DNA of 64,000 bases from Candidatus Hydrogenedentota bacterium. Lineage in GTDB: Bacteria; Hydrogenedentota; Hydrogenedentia; Hydrogenedentales; CAITNO01. Below, piece after piece: positions 1 to 10,370 of this stretch (its first letter is position 1; every line of letters begins with the position of its first letter). Both the position numbers and the translations under genes were made by a program. A model generated the notes under the pieces. The model did no database searches and was not told where the DNA came from. It was given only the letters and a program-made list of their open reading frames with translations. The stretch lies in NCBI GenBank assembly GCA_012730105.1, contig JAAYBJ010000284.1, positions 7,872 to 71,871 of the forward strand, written 5' to 3'.

Positions 1-73
1 ACCGGTGTCGGGATGATCGTACTGCAGAACACGGGATGGGCAAGCATGTGCAGGACAAAACGACCCTGTGTTC

Positions 74-1060
74 TTATGGGTCGGTTTTGCTGTATCTCCT
101 GTAGGCCTCCGCCACGTTTTTAACAAATTCCGGTTTGTCTTTGGGCAGGCAGTACATAACAACGCCGGAAGCGAGGCCGTTTTTCGTGGCTTCCAATCCG
201 ATCTCCAGGCATTGCTTGATATAGGCCGGGGTTGGTTCGTCCGGGGACTGGGAATGCTTGGTCCCATAGACCATGACCACGAGAGGCATCTTTTGCGTCA
301 GGCCGCCCATTGTCGTGCGTTCGTTTAGCCATTCCCGGTAGGTGGTGATCTGCGGCAGCAGGAGAGACGTGTCCGACAGATTTTTGTGCGGATAGAAATA
401 GGGGAAAATAACGCCGTCAATGACGCCCGCCTCGACATGGGGGGCGATCGTTTCCTGGTATCCATAATAGCATACCACCAGGAAGGCCAGTTGTGGGGTG
501 ATCTTGTGGGCTTCTCCCATCATTTGCTTGCAGTAGGCGGGTGTGAACTTGCTGACATTGCCGTTAAAGTCATCTATACAGAGGCCTTTTATAACGGGGT
601 ACTGTTGCGCCAACCGGGCGCACTCAACGGCCCACTTGATATAATCGTCGCCGAAAGGTTCGGGGACGCCCTCCGACGGCGGAGTCAGGTACAACCACAG
701 GCCGACACCCGCCTTTTGGAATTCCGGGGCCATGCGCTGGAAATCTTGCCATGCCTTAGGGTAGTGCTTTTCCTGCCACACCAGGTGCATGTAGTCTTTC
801 GCGCCCATTTCCTGCAGCACCGTCAGCAGGCGGTTAATATCCGTGTTTTCCTCCGGAGTGCGCACGCCGACATTGACATAGTCGCCCACAAGCGGTGTAA
901 GTGCGGGTACCTCTGGCCCGGTGAAGCCAGCCGCTTGTGGCTTAGATGCGGCGGGCGTTGCCTCCACCTGTTCCGCATGACAGCACAAGGTTGAAAGTGC
1001 GGACAACAGGACACAAGTCGCTATCAGTGCTTTCATTGCATAATCTCCTTTGATTTTCAA
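74..1060 (-). CDS. Secreted hypothetical protein, possibly a TIM-barrel glycoside-hydrolase-like fold
   Basis: 328 aa ORF with an N-terminal signal peptide (MKALIATCVLLSALSTLC...). No motif I can assign to a named family. Composition and size are compatible with a GHL/DUF-type TIM barrel. Confidence 0.5.
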   Translation of the reverse strand: MKIKGDYAMKALIATCVLLSALSTLCCHAEQVEATPAASKPQAAGFTGPEVPALTPLVGDYVNVGVRTPEENTDINRLLTVLQEMGAKDYMHLVWQEKHYPKAWQDFQRMAPEFQKAGVGLWLYLTPPSEGVPEPFGDDYIKWAVECARLAQQYPVIKGLCIDDFNGNVSKFTPAYCKQMMGEAHKITPQLAFLVVCYYGYQETIAPHVEAGVIDGVIFPYFYPHKNLSDTSLLLPQITTYREWLNERTTMGGLTQKMPLVVMVYGTKHSQSPDEPTPAYIKQCLEIGLEATKNGLASGVVMYCLPKDKPEFVKNVAEAYRRYSKTDP

Positions 1061-1203
1061 AGTCTATGCTTCCCTTTTCCATAATGTCAATCAACAAAGG
1101 GGCAACTGACTGGTAAAAGAACGGAAAAGAATGGGAGGCAGACATTCCTGTCTGCCCATATTCTGCCGGACAGACTGGAAGGTCTGACCTGCGTTTTACC
1201 CTG

Positions 1204-4200
1204 TTACTCCATTAAGTCGTGTTGGGCTTCCGGTGGGATGACATAGTGTTCCGGGGGCTGCAGGGTGACACGGACCCGAATGGGAGAAACGATACCGCCC
1301 GGTGCGCTGAAACGGGCCGTATAGTCGCCTTTAGCGAGTACCGTAGCGGGGGCGTCATTTTCGCTCAACACCGGTTCCGAAAATTCCGGGCCATAACGGC
1401 GCGACGCTTCCCCTGGCCAGAAGAACCCGTATTGTCCCGCTGTCAACGGACCTTTCCACACCAGAACATGCCCGTCAATTTCCACCTGCGGATTCTCCAG
1501 GAGCTGTTCGTCTACCGAGGCCAGGGCTTTCACGTCATCAATGGCGCAGGAGACGGTGGTATTGGCGGGCAATCCATTGTAATAGAAATTCAGCACACGG
1601 ACCAGGCTGTAATCGATTGGATCCGTTTCTGGTCGCGGGATCTGATGGTAGCGCCAGCCTTCATAGTCATTGGTGATGTAGAAGTCCGTGGCCTTCACGC
1701 CGTCCAGCATCTGCAGTTTGAACAGACCGCCCTTGCCGTCGCCCTTGAGCCAAAAACCGATGGCCTGGTGGGCGGACAGATTCAGCGGCGGGTTGAAACT
1801 TTTGCCGAACACGGACCAGCCTGTGTTGGCGTCAAGCGTGTTTTCGGCGGTGTAGACGGCGCAGCGGCCGCCTGCCCTGGCATCCGTTTCGCTGATGCGG
1901 ATATGGTGCGCCACACCCGCAAGCGTGGATCCCGCCATCCCGTTCGCGGCGTCCAGAACCGGCTCGATCTCTCCCGGAACTTTCAAATACGGCGCGAGCG
2001 TATCAAAACTTTCCAGCGTGACCGCCTCGGCCGCATGGTAGGCCGGACCTGCTTCCAGCCAGGGCCCGGGTTGCACATGGAACTGAACACCTACCGCCGC
2101 CGGGCCGTCCGTAACCCGGACCGGCCAGGAACACGCGGCTGTTTCCGTGCCGGTAATCTCATGCCACGGCCCGTAAGCTACCCGCTGAAACACATCGTTT
2201 CCATCCTTCTTTACCAGGCGGTATTCGCGGCGCATATCGAGCAGGCTGGCGCGTTTCTCCGGCGTTTTTACACCGCCCAGCGCGGGATCGACGCGAAGCA
2301 GCGCGCGCATGGTTTCCGGTACGCGCCCCGACAGGCGCAGCCGTTCATAGCGGGAAATCAGATCCAGGATTTCACCGGTGAAGGGATGTTTGGAAGCGGC
2401 GTCCAGCGACACCTGGAACGACATGGAGGAATCGTAGCCGATGGTTGCGCCTAGAATGTACTCGTACATGTCCGGGGTGCAGCTGGTGTCATAGCCGTAA
2501 TACCAGCCGATGTCCAGGGGCATGCCGTTGCGTTTCATGCCGTCAAATGCGGGGGAGCGCTCATCGAGGTACCCCTTGAGATCGCCGTGACCGTCCGCGG
2601 ACGCGCTTCGCGCAAGGATGTGCCAGGAGTAGTGGCTGTAACTGCTGGCCTGGATCAGGATATCTTTGCGGGCGAGTTTGTCAAAGAAGGCCTTGTGCAG
2701 CCGGGGATTGTAATACCAGTGTTCCCCCTGGAGCCGCTCCGAACCGTCGAAATAGATCATGTCGATGTCGCAGGCGTTGGCAACCCGGGCGAAATTGGAG
2801 GACACTTCGTCCATAAGCGTCGTATCCATGTCGAAAAGAAAATAGCCGTAGGAGCGTTTCAGATGGCGCACCGGCCGCCCCTTTTCATGGGCGGTGGCCC
2901 TGGTGCCGAGAATGCCTCGTTGGCACTGCAGGAATCCGAAACGGGTATCCAGGGACCGCGCCCCGTAGGAGATCAGTTCATCGCCTAGCTGCACCACGGT
3001 GCCGTCGCCCAAATAGCCGCCGTCCTCGGCGGGGAAATCAGTGGGTGCGGCTGCCGTAAGCAACATGCCCGTATTTTCATTTACGTCCGCCGCGAGAAGG
3101 GCCGAGGCGTCACGGACCAGGCGCGGATCGGGTACGGGGGTAAGGTAGGGATCAGGTGGATAGATGGACGGGCCCAGGAAATGAAGGCCGGCGTGAAATC
3201 CTTCCTCCTGAAAGCGCCGGAACGTGCGTGCGAGTGACTTCAGGCCGTCGGGAAAATGATCGGTGTTGATCTCGTAGTGGCCCGTGGCCTTTGCCCAGGA
3301 TTCCTGGCCCATGAGAATCATGTCGAACCCGCCGCGCCGGGCCAGTGCGAGCACGGGTTCCATCTGGGATTCCTTGAAACGGGTGATGAACAGGTAGGAG
3401 CGCTTGATCCCCGGCGACCGTTTGTTCCATATCCCTCCCGGCCTGGGGGAGGGCAGGCCCGCGGCCGCTTCGAAGCGTTCCATGACCTCCATGAACGATT
3501 CGCGCGGGGCGGCGAGAATCCCAAATCGGGCGGGTTGCAGGCCGTATGTGGCAAGGGTTTCCAGCGCCAGCACTTTGCCCGGATCGGCCCAATAGGCGGA
3601 ACCGGGTTCGAAATCCTCGAGCAGCACCGCCTCCTCAACGCCGTTACGTTCCACCACCGCCTCAATATGATCAACGATGCAGGTCACGGTTTCATGGGCC
3701 GGGATGCCGTTGTAATAGATATTAAGGCCGGTGACGCGTTCCGGATGCAGCGTGTCGTAGGGGGCTTCCTCAACAGTGACGTGTCTCCAGCCTGTGAAGG
3801 TAATGGGGATATAGGTGTCCCGGCAGCCGCCTCGGTCGTCGGCGGGCTGGATTTTCAATTGTTCACCCTTGCCGTCGCCATGCACCCACGCGCGAATAGA
3901 TTTCAGTCCGCTCAGGTCGAGGGCGTGGGGGAGTTGCCGGGTGGACACGGACCATCCACCGGGTTCGGCGGCATTGTGCGCCGTAAAAATGGTCGCGCCC
4001 TGTCCCGCCTTGGCCTGATCGGTTAGTGTCATGGTGTGGGTGCATCCGGAGCGGTCGGATTCATGGCGCGCGAGGCTGCGCATGAGCGGGTGGATGTTGG
4101 GCTCCGCCGCCGACAGCGAGACGGTGTGCGAGGCCGTGCTGCCGGCATTGAGCGTGCCCAGTATCTCCGCGTCACCGGGCAGTGCCAGGGAAAACAGGCG

Positions 4201-4560
4201 CAGTTTTTCCGGTGGCACCGAGAATTCCAGCCGGGTCAACTCAAACAAGGCGAAGCCGTCGCCGGGTAGAACGTCATACGCGCACAGTCCGCCTCCGGGG
4301 AACGTGGCGGTCAGGCGGTCCGATTCAAGGTGGACCAATTCCGGAACCAGTCGGTCCTCACCAACAACAACCTCCAGAATGGGTTCCGCGCATGCAGGGA
4401 AGACGTCCTGTCCCTCGGGGACTTCCATCGTCGCATATCCCTTTTCGTCAATCTTCAGGACGGCGGTTCCCAGGTTGAATACCGTTTCTGCCCAGGCGAC
4501 TGTCTGTACTGTGGACACCACTAACACCGGGAGACAATAATATAAGCGATGACGATTCAT
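1204..4560 (-). CDS. Large secreted multidomain glycoside-hydrolase-like protein with a duplicated ~150 aa beta-sandwich (CBM-like) module
   Basis: 1118 aa ORF with a signal peptide (MNRHRLYYCLPVLVVSTVQTVAWA). Two internal repeats of a ~150 aa module (…WSVSTRQLP…KSIRAWVHGDGKGEQLKIQ… and …WSVFGKSFNPP…IGFWLKGDGKGGLFKLQ…). The central region resembles a TIM-barrel hydrolase. Confidence 0.55.
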   Translation of the reverse strand: MNRHRLYYCLPVLVVSTVQTVAWAETVFNLGTAVLKIDEKGYATMEVPEGQDVFPACAEPILEVVVGEDRLVPELVHLESDRLTATFPGGGLCAYDVLPGDGFALFELTRLEFSVPPEKLRLFSLALPGDAEILGTLNAGSTASHTVSLSAAEPNIHPLMRSLARHESDRSGCTHTMTLTDQAKAGQGATIFTAHNAAEPGGWSVSTRQLPHALDLSGLKSIRAWVHGDGKGEQLKIQPADDRGGCRDTYIPITFTGWRHVTVEEAPYDTLHPERVTGLNIYYNGIPAHETVTCIVDHIEAVVERNGVEEAVLLEDFEPGSAYWADPGKVLALETLATYGLQPARFGILAAPRESFMEVMERFEAAAGLPSPRPGGIWNKRSPGIKRSYLFITRFKESQMEPVLALARRGGFDMILMGQESWAKATGHYEINTDHFPDGLKSLARTFRRFQEEGFHAGLHFLGPSIYPPDPYLTPVPDPRLVRDASALLAADVNENTGMLLTAAAPTDFPAEDGGYLGDGTVVQLGDELISYGARSLDTRFGFLQCQRGILGTRATAHEKGRPVRHLKRSYGYFLFDMDTTLMDEVSSNFARVANACDIDMIYFDGSERLQGEHWYYNPRLHKAFFDKLARKDILIQASSYSHYSWHILARSASADGHGDLKGYLDERSPAFDGMKRNGMPLDIGWYYGYDTSCTPDMYEYILGATIGYDSSMSFQVSLDAASKHPFTGEILDLISRYERLRLSGRVPETMRALLRVDPALGGVKTPEKRASLLDMRREYRLVKKDGNDVFQRVAYGPWHEITGTETAACSWPVRVTDGPAAVGVQFHVQPGPWLEAGPAYHAAEAVTLESFDTLAPYLKVPGEIEPVLDAANGMAGSTLAGVAHHIRISETDARAGGRCAVYTAENTLDANTGWSVFGKSFNPPLNLSAHQAIGFWLKGDGKGGLFKLQMLDGVKATDFYITNDYEGWRYHQIPRPETDPIDYSLVRVLNFYYNGLPANTTVSCAIDDVKALASVDEQLLENPQVEIDGHVLVWKGPLTAGQYGFFWPGEASRRYGPEFSEPVLSENDAPATVLAKGDYTARFSAPGGIVSPIRVRVTLQPPEHYVIPPEAQHDLME

Positions 4561-4756
4561 AACGATTCCTTTAACGAAGTATTCAAATCATTGTTGTTTC
4601 ATAGGCTATTCTAAATCAAACACAAACAGAACAGGGAAAATGTGCGGGAACTAGTATGGTATTGGCTGAATGGCCGTCTCTTTTGCTATGATTTATCCAA
4701 GGGTGCGATGGGGGGCAACGTAAACACACCGATCACCCCATAGAAAGGAATATCCA

Positions 4757-5515
4757 ATGAACACATCGCAGATCTTGCAGGACTTAGTCAGCATGTCCCA
4801 TTACCTTGGCGACGAGCGCCGGGGGTATGCCATACTGGGAGAAGGGAACACCTCCGCCCGGATAGACGGGGACAGCCTCTATATAAAAGCATCCGGAACC
4901 TGTCTTGGCACGATGACTGAAAAGGATTTTCTTCCGGTATCCATTTCCCGGGTAACCCGCATTCTGGACGCGAAGGATGCCACTGACGCGGATGTGAAGG
5001 AAGCGCTACGCGGCTCCCTGATCGATTCCGGCGAAGTTCGCATGCCCTCCGTGGAAACCATGATGCACGCCCTGCTGTATGCCTACCCGGAATATTGTTT
5101 TATTGGACACACCCATCCGGTGGCTACAAACGGCATCCTGTGCTCCGTAAACGCCGAAGCGGCTTTTTCAGGACGCTTGTGTCCTGATCATATTGTTGTT
5201 ATGGGCCGCGCAACCGTATTTGTGCCCTATGTGGATCCCGGGCTGGTACTGGCCAGAGAAGTGCGTGACCGGGTGCGGTCCTTTGTTGAACGGGAAAATG
5301 AGCTTCCCAAGGCTATCGCACTGCAGAATCACGGGCTTTTCGCCCTGGGCCCGACGGCCAAAGCGGTGACGAACATTACTGACATGGCGGAAAAGATGTC
5401 CCATGTCTTGATCGGCGTTTACAGCGCGGGCGGTCCCCAGTTTATGACGCCCGCCGACATAGACCGCATCGCCACGCGCCCGGATGAAAAGTACCGTCAG
5501 GACAAAATCGGCTGA
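4757..5515 (+). CDS. Class II aldolase/adducin-family protein (fuculose- or rhamnulose-phosphate-aldolase-like)
   Basis: 252 aa. N-terminal LGEGNTSAR…YIKASG and HTHP metal-binding motifs typical of the class II aldolase/adducin N-terminal domain. RBS AAAGGAA upstream. Confidence 0.75.
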   Translation: MNTSQILQDLVSMSHYLGDERRGYAILGEGNTSARIDGDSLYIKASGTCLGTMTEKDFLPVSISRVTRILDAKDATDADVKEALRGSLIDSGEVRMPSVETMMHALLYAYPEYCFIGHTHPVATNGILCSVNAEAAFSGRLCPDHIVVMGRATVFVPYVDPGLVLAREVRDRVRSFVERENELPKAIALQNHGLFALGPTAKAVTNITDMAEKMSHVLIGVYSAGGPQFMTPADIDRIATRPDEKYRQDKIG

Positions 5516-5579
5516 GTAGAAAACATATCCATTACTCCAGGGAGCGAACACAACGCTCAAGACACAGAAGGTAATCCTA

Positions 5580-7193
5580 ATGAGCAAGATCGATACATTT
5601 AAAGAGGCGAATAAAGCACTTCCTGAAACCTATAGGGCTTGGCAGGTATTTGGCGCCGGGCTAGAAAACGTGGGGAAGGACGGCAAGCCGGTGTCCGTGC
5701 CGCTGCGTCCTCCCGCGCGCAACGAGGTGCTGCTTCGTGTGGACGCGCTGGGATTGTGTCTTTCCGACATGAAAATTATCGCGCAAGGCGGCAATCATCC
5801 GCGCCTGCGCGGCCGTGATCTGCAAAACGACCCGACGGTCCTGGGCCACGAATGCGCCGCGACGATTGTCGCCGTCGGCCATGATTGGAAGAACCAGTTT
5901 CAACCCGGCCAGCGCTTCATTGTTCAGGCCGACATCTACTACAAGGGTGTGGGCTACGCTTTTGGGTACATGATTCCCGGCGGCCTGGCGGAATATGCCT
6001 ACTTCGACGAGCGCGGACTTGCCGGGGACGAAGGCTGCTACCTGCTCCCGGTACAGGAAGGGACCGGCTATAGCGAAGCCGCGCTGAGCGAACCCTGGGC
6101 GTGTGTCGAAATGTCCTACGCCCTGGAAGACCGCGTGGAACCGACCGGCAAGAAACAGTTGATCGTAACGAAAGACTGCAGCGCCTGCAAAGAGCGTTTT
6201 CCGGGAGCGACCTTTGTCTCCCCGGCCCTGGAGGGCGTGGGGGAGGAGACCTATGACGACATCATCATCGCGAACCCGACGCCTGCGCTGGTGGAAACCC
6301 TGGGAGCGCGTTTAAACCCCAACGGGGTTATGTTCCTGGTCGGCGAACCCGCCGAAACCGGTGATGCCATGATTGACGTGGGCGCCGTTCATTACCAGAA
6401 CAAACGGTACCTCGGCGGCGGTGACACCCTGGACAAGATAGCGGAAGTCAACCGGCGTCAAGATTTGCTTCCAGGCGGAACGGGGCTTTTTATCGGCGCC
6501 GGCGGGCCCATGGGTCAAATGCACGTACAACGCGCCATTGAAAAGCAGAACGGGCTGGGTTGCGTGGTGGTGACCGATCTGGACCGGAAACGCCTGGACC
6601 ATATCGAAAACCGTTTTGGCACGCTTGCGCGTTCCCGCAATGTACAACTCATTACACTGGCCCCTACGGATTTCGATAGTCAGGAAGCCATGAACGCACG
6701 CATCGTTGAACTTGGCGGTCCGGATGGTTATTCAGACGTGGTCGTGCTTGCCCCGGTTCCCGCGCTGGTGCGGCAAGGGGCCGGCCTGGCGGCGCGAAAT
6801 GGCTTCGTCAACCTCTTCGCCGGACTGGCAACAGGCACTAAAGCGCCCGTTCCCATCGAACAACTTTGCCGCGGCGTCAAGATGATCGGGTGCAGCGGCA
6901 GCCGTATCAGTGACTTGAGGGCCGTTCTTGCCATGGTTGAGGGCAAGGCACTGGAAAGCAACCGTAGCGTGGCGGCCATCGGGGGGCTTGATGCCGCCCA
7001 CCTCGGACTAAAATCTGTGAAGGAGGCTTCCTATCCGGGCAAAATCATTATCTACACCCAGGTGCCTTCCTTTCCCTTGACCCCGCTCGAGAAACTGGCA
7101 GAAACAGAACCAGACATTGCCGCCCACCTGAGCGAAGATGGTTCTTGGACCAACGAGACGGAACGTGCTTTCCTGGAAAAGTACCTGCCGTAG
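5580..7193 (+). CDS. Zinc-type alcohol dehydrogenase (MDR superfamily), atypically long form
   Basis: 537 aa. GroES-like N-terminus with Cys…GHEcA zinc-ligand pattern (LGLCLSDM…GHECAATIVAVG) and a Rossmann GxGxxG (GAGGPMG). RBS GAAGGTAA upstream. Confidence 0.7.
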   Translation: MSKIDTFKEANKALPETYRAWQVFGAGLENVGKDGKPVSVPLRPPARNEVLLRVDALGLCLSDMKIIAQGGNHPRLRGRDLQNDPTVLGHECAATIVAVGHDWKNQFQPGQRFIVQADIYYKGVGYAFGYMIPGGLAEYAYFDERGLAGDEGCYLLPVQEGTGYSEAALSEPWACVEMSYALEDRVEPTGKKQLIVTKDCSACKERFPGATFVSPALEGVGEETYDDIIIANPTPALVETLGARLNPNGVMFLVGEPAETGDAMIDVGAVHYQNKRYLGGGDTLDKIAEVNRRQDLLPGGTGLFIGAGGPMGQMHVQRAIEKQNGLGCVVVTDLDRKRLDHIENRFGTLARSRNVQLITLAPTDFDSQEAMNARIVELGGPDGYSDVVVLAPVPALVRQGAGLAARNGFVNLFAGLATGTKAPVPIEQLCRGVKMIGCSGSRISDLRAVLAMVEGKALESNRSVAAIGGLDAAHLGLKSVKEASYPGKIIIYTQVPSFPLTPLEKLAETEPDIAAHLSEDGSWTNETERAFLEKYLP

Positions 7194-7220
7194 GGAAGAG
7201 AAAGGAGCCCGGGTGACGCG

Positions 7221-10200
7221 TTAATTCGAGACGTGCGCACCGCCCCTCCGGGTAAGCCACTGAAGCAACCGTTTGAAATCGTTGATGATCACATACATGG
7301 ACGGTATAATAAAAAGCACGATAAAGGTGGCAAAGAGAATACCATATCCCAGAGACAAGGCCATGGGTATCAGGAAACGTGCCTGCCGCGAGGTCTCGAA
7401 GATCATGGGGGCCAAGCCGCCGAAAGTCGTCAAGGTGGTCAAAAGCATCGGGCGAAAGCGCTGCACGGCTGAACTGTAGATGGCCATAAACGGATCCATG
7501 CCCTGTTCCCGTTGATTGGCGTTTGCGAAATTGATCATCACCAGTGAATCGTTCACCACCACCCCGGACAGGGCGACAATACCGAAGATACTGGGAATGC
7601 AAAGGTCGTATCCCATGAGCAGGTGTCCCCAGAAGGCACCAACAATGCCAAAGGGGATGCTCAACATGACGATAAAGGGCTGCAGATAGCTGCGAAACGG
7701 AATGGCAAGCATGGCATAAATGGCCAATAAGGCCATCGTAAATGTAATACGCAAACTACCGAAACTTTTTCTGATATCGGACTGATGCCCTTCAAAAGAG
7801 TAGCTTAGCCCGGGATAATCCCGGGTATACCGGGGTAAGATAGTCTGTTCAATCGCGGAGAGCACTTCCCCAGCGCGGCTTCTGGGGACGACATCGGCGG
7901 ATACCTGCACAACGCGTCTTCCATTCCTTCTGTTTATGGTGGTGTAGGCTCTGCCCCGGTCGAACTTGGCAATTTCCCGGAATGGCACAAACACGCCGGA
8001 CGGGGTGCGTAGCATCAGATCCTCAATCATCTGTTCAGAGGCACGGTCTTTTTTGGGCAGCCGTACCATGACTTTAATTTCATTTCTGCCCCGTTGTTGA
8101 CGCAACACCTCGGCGCCATACAGCGCGTGCCTCACCTGCCGGGCAACTTCACGGGCGGTCAGGCCGAGGCTTTTCCCTTCGGCTTTCAACGTAAAATCAA
8201 TTTGATTTTTTCCTGGCTCAAATCCATCGTCCACATCTTCAACGCCGGCGAAGGAAGCAATATCCTGGGCCAACTCCGCGCTCACCTTTTCCAGGATATC
8301 CATATCCAAATGCGTTATTTCAACCGTGACAGGACGCCCCCGTCCGCCGGGCCCACCCGAGTCCGCCGCGAAGCGCATGGTGTCTATACCGGAAAGTTCG
8401 CCCACCTCCGCACGCCACAGCTGGGTAAATTCGGAGGTACTCATGATATTTTTACGGATATCCGGTTCAATCAATTGAGCCCTTACCCTCCCGACATGAC
8501 CGCCCCCTAGTCCGATATCGGTAACCACGGCGGTGACTAACTCGGGATGACCTGCATCTTCCGCAACTTTCCTGGCGGCATCTTCAATGATTTTAACAAG
8601 CGCCTCTGTGCGCGAGACGGGCGCGCCATAGGGGAGTGCGATCTGCGCGTCCGCATAATCGGATTCCATGACCGGGAACAGTTGAAATCCCATTCTGCCG
8701 CTGAAGGCATACGCCAGGGTCGTGATCAGCAACGTCAAAGAAAAGGCCATCGTCACATAGCGGTATCGAACCGCCATCTTTACGACAGGCCCGTATTGAT
8801 GGTGGACCCACCAGGTAAATCCTCGACTGAAGGCCTGCTGCCATCCATGCAGTACTTTCAGGAGTCCTTTCAACTGACGGTCATGGTGGTGCCCCAAATG
8901 CCCGGGCAGGACAAACATGCATTCGATCAAGGATATTGTAAATGTTATGCATACCACCACGGGGATCATCTGAAACATTTTGCCTGTGGTGCCCGGAATG
9001 AAATAGATGGGGATAAACGCCGCTATGTTCGTGAGGATGCTGAACACAACCGATACGGCCACCTCACGTGCGCCGGCAATGGCGGCGTCCAAAAACTTCA
9101 TCCCCTGCTGATGATAAGAATAGATGTTTTCACCGACTACGATGGCATCGTCCACCACGATGCCCAGCGCAATAATATACGCGAAAAGAGACATCATATT
9201 AATGGTCACGTCAAAAAACGGCAGAAAAAGAAAGGAGCCCATAAAGGAAATGGGCACGCCCATCATGACCCAAAAGGCCAAACGCGCCTCCAGGAAGAGC
9301 CCGAGCAAGCCCAGTACGAGCACCAAGCCTATGGCGCCGTTCTTAAGCAACATGCCAAAACGCTGACGATAGGTCTCTGAGCGGTCATCATAGACATCGG
9401 TCATGACTCCGGGCGGCAAATAGGCCTGAAATTCCTCCAGTCGGGCCAGCGCGCCATCGGAAACCTGCATCGGGGTTTCCTTGCCAATACGGTATACCTC
9501 AATCATTACAGCGTTCTTGCCGTTATACCTCGAAAATCGGTCTGTATCGGCAAAACTGTCATCAATATCGGCGATATCACGCAACAGGACTTTGCTGCCG
9601 CTTTCCGTGTTGATTATCGGCAGTTCGGCGAATTGCTTACCGTAATCCCGTCTTTCCTTAAGTCGAACGAGGATTTCACCACCCTCTGTTTTCATGCCCC
9701 CGGCAGGAATATCGGCGGCGCTTTCGGTCAACTTTTGCGCCAGCATGCCCAGGGTCAGCCCATATCGGCGCAATTCATCCTGGTGCGGCTCAATACTGAT
9801 TTCAAGCGGGGGGAGGCCCTCAATATCAGCCTGGGTAACGTCGGGTGACTGGACGACAAACTCGCGGAGCCGCTCCGCCAGGGCATGCAGGCTTGTATTG
9901 GGCACATCGCCATACAGGACAATACTAAGGACCTCACGACGCCACTGGGTAATACGGGTTTCAGGTTCTTCCGCCTCCTCGGGAAAGGTAATGATACGGT
10001 CGACCTCGCTGGTAATTTCCTGGGCAAGCCTGAATACGTTGGCGCCGAGCAGCAATTCAATGGTAACGGTGCCCATTCCTTCCCGGGCTTCCGAAATGAC
10101 TTCGTCCACCCCCTCCAAATTACGCACGGCTTCTTCAATGGAAAGGAGGATTGAACTTTCCACTTCTTCAGGACTGGCCCCCGGATAAGCCACGGAGACG

Positions 10201-10370
10201 GTAACGGTATCAAGGGATACATCGGGGAACACTTCCTGGGTAATGTTCCGAAGCGAAAGAAAACCACCGACCAGACAGGCCAACATGATCAGGTTGGCCG
10301 CCACGCCGTGACCTGCCATCCAGGCAATCGGCCCGCGGGTATTCCCGGAATGCTTGTCCGGGCTGCTCAT
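7221..10370 (-). CDS. RND efflux transporter permease (AcrB/CzcA family)
   Basis: 1049 aa, 12-TM architecture, typical AcrB N-terminus (…GPIAWMAGHGVAANLIMLACLVGG…). Its start overlaps the stop of the upstream MFP gene. Confidence 0.9.
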   Translation of the reverse strand: MSSPDKHSGNTRGPIAWMAGHGVAANLIMLACLVGGFLSLRNITQEVFPDVSLDTVTVSVAYPGASPEEVESSILLSIEEAVRNLEGVDEVISEAREGMGTVTIELLLGANVFRLAQEITSEVDRIITFPEEAEEPETRITQWRREVLSIVLYGDVPNTSLHALAERLREFVVQSPDVTQADIEGLPPLEISIEPHQDELRRYGLTLGMLAQKLTESAADIPAGGMKTEGGEILVRLKERRDYGKQFAELPIINTESGSKVLLRDIADIDDSFADTDRFSRYNGKNAVMIEVYRIGKETPMQVSDGALARLEEFQAYLPPGVMTDVYDDRSETYRQRFGMLLKNGAIGLVLVLGLLGLFLEARLAFWVMMGVPISFMGSFLFLPFFDVTINMMSLFAYIIALGIVVDDAIVVGENIYSYHQQGMKFLDAAIAGAREVAVSVVFSILTNIAAFIPIYFIPGTTGKMFQMIPVVVCITFTISLIECMFVLPGHLGHHHDRQLKGLLKVLHGWQQAFSRGFTWWVHHQYGPVVKMAVRYRYVTMAFSLTLLITTLAYAFSGRMGFQLFPVMESDYADAQIALPYGAPVSRTEALVKIIEDAARKVAEDAGHPELVTAVVTDIGLGGGHVGRVRAQLIEPDIRKNIMSTSEFTQLWRAEVGELSGIDTMRFAADSGGPGGRGRPVTVEITHLDMDILEKVSAELAQDIASFAGVEDVDDGFEPGKNQIDFTLKAEGKSLGLTAREVARQVRHALYGAEVLRQQRGRNEIKVMVRLPKKDRASEQMIEDLMLRTPSGVFVPFREIAKFDRGRAYTTINRRNGRRVVQVSADVVPRSRAGEVLSAIEQTILPRYTRDYPGLSYSFEGHQSDIRKSFGSLRITFTMALLAIYAMLAIPFRSYLQPFIVMLSIPFGIVGAFWGHLLMGYDLCIPSIFGIVALSGVVVNDSLVMINFANANQREQGMDPFMAIYSSAVQRFRPMLLTTLTTFGGLAPMIFETSRQARFLIPMALSLGYGILFATFIVLFIIPSMYVIINDFKRLLQWLTRRGGAHVSN

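Noticed and set aside
1219-2454. Long antisense ORFs inside confirmed genes (examples: 1219..2454, 3256..4026, 8547..9380, 16650..17840, 18132..19055, 40287..40847, 43758..44450, 48877..49761, 50002..50802, 52180..52956, 61603..62190)
   Set aside because: These are shadow ORFs typical of high-GC DNA. They lie wholly within better-supported genes on the opposite strand and show no motifs.
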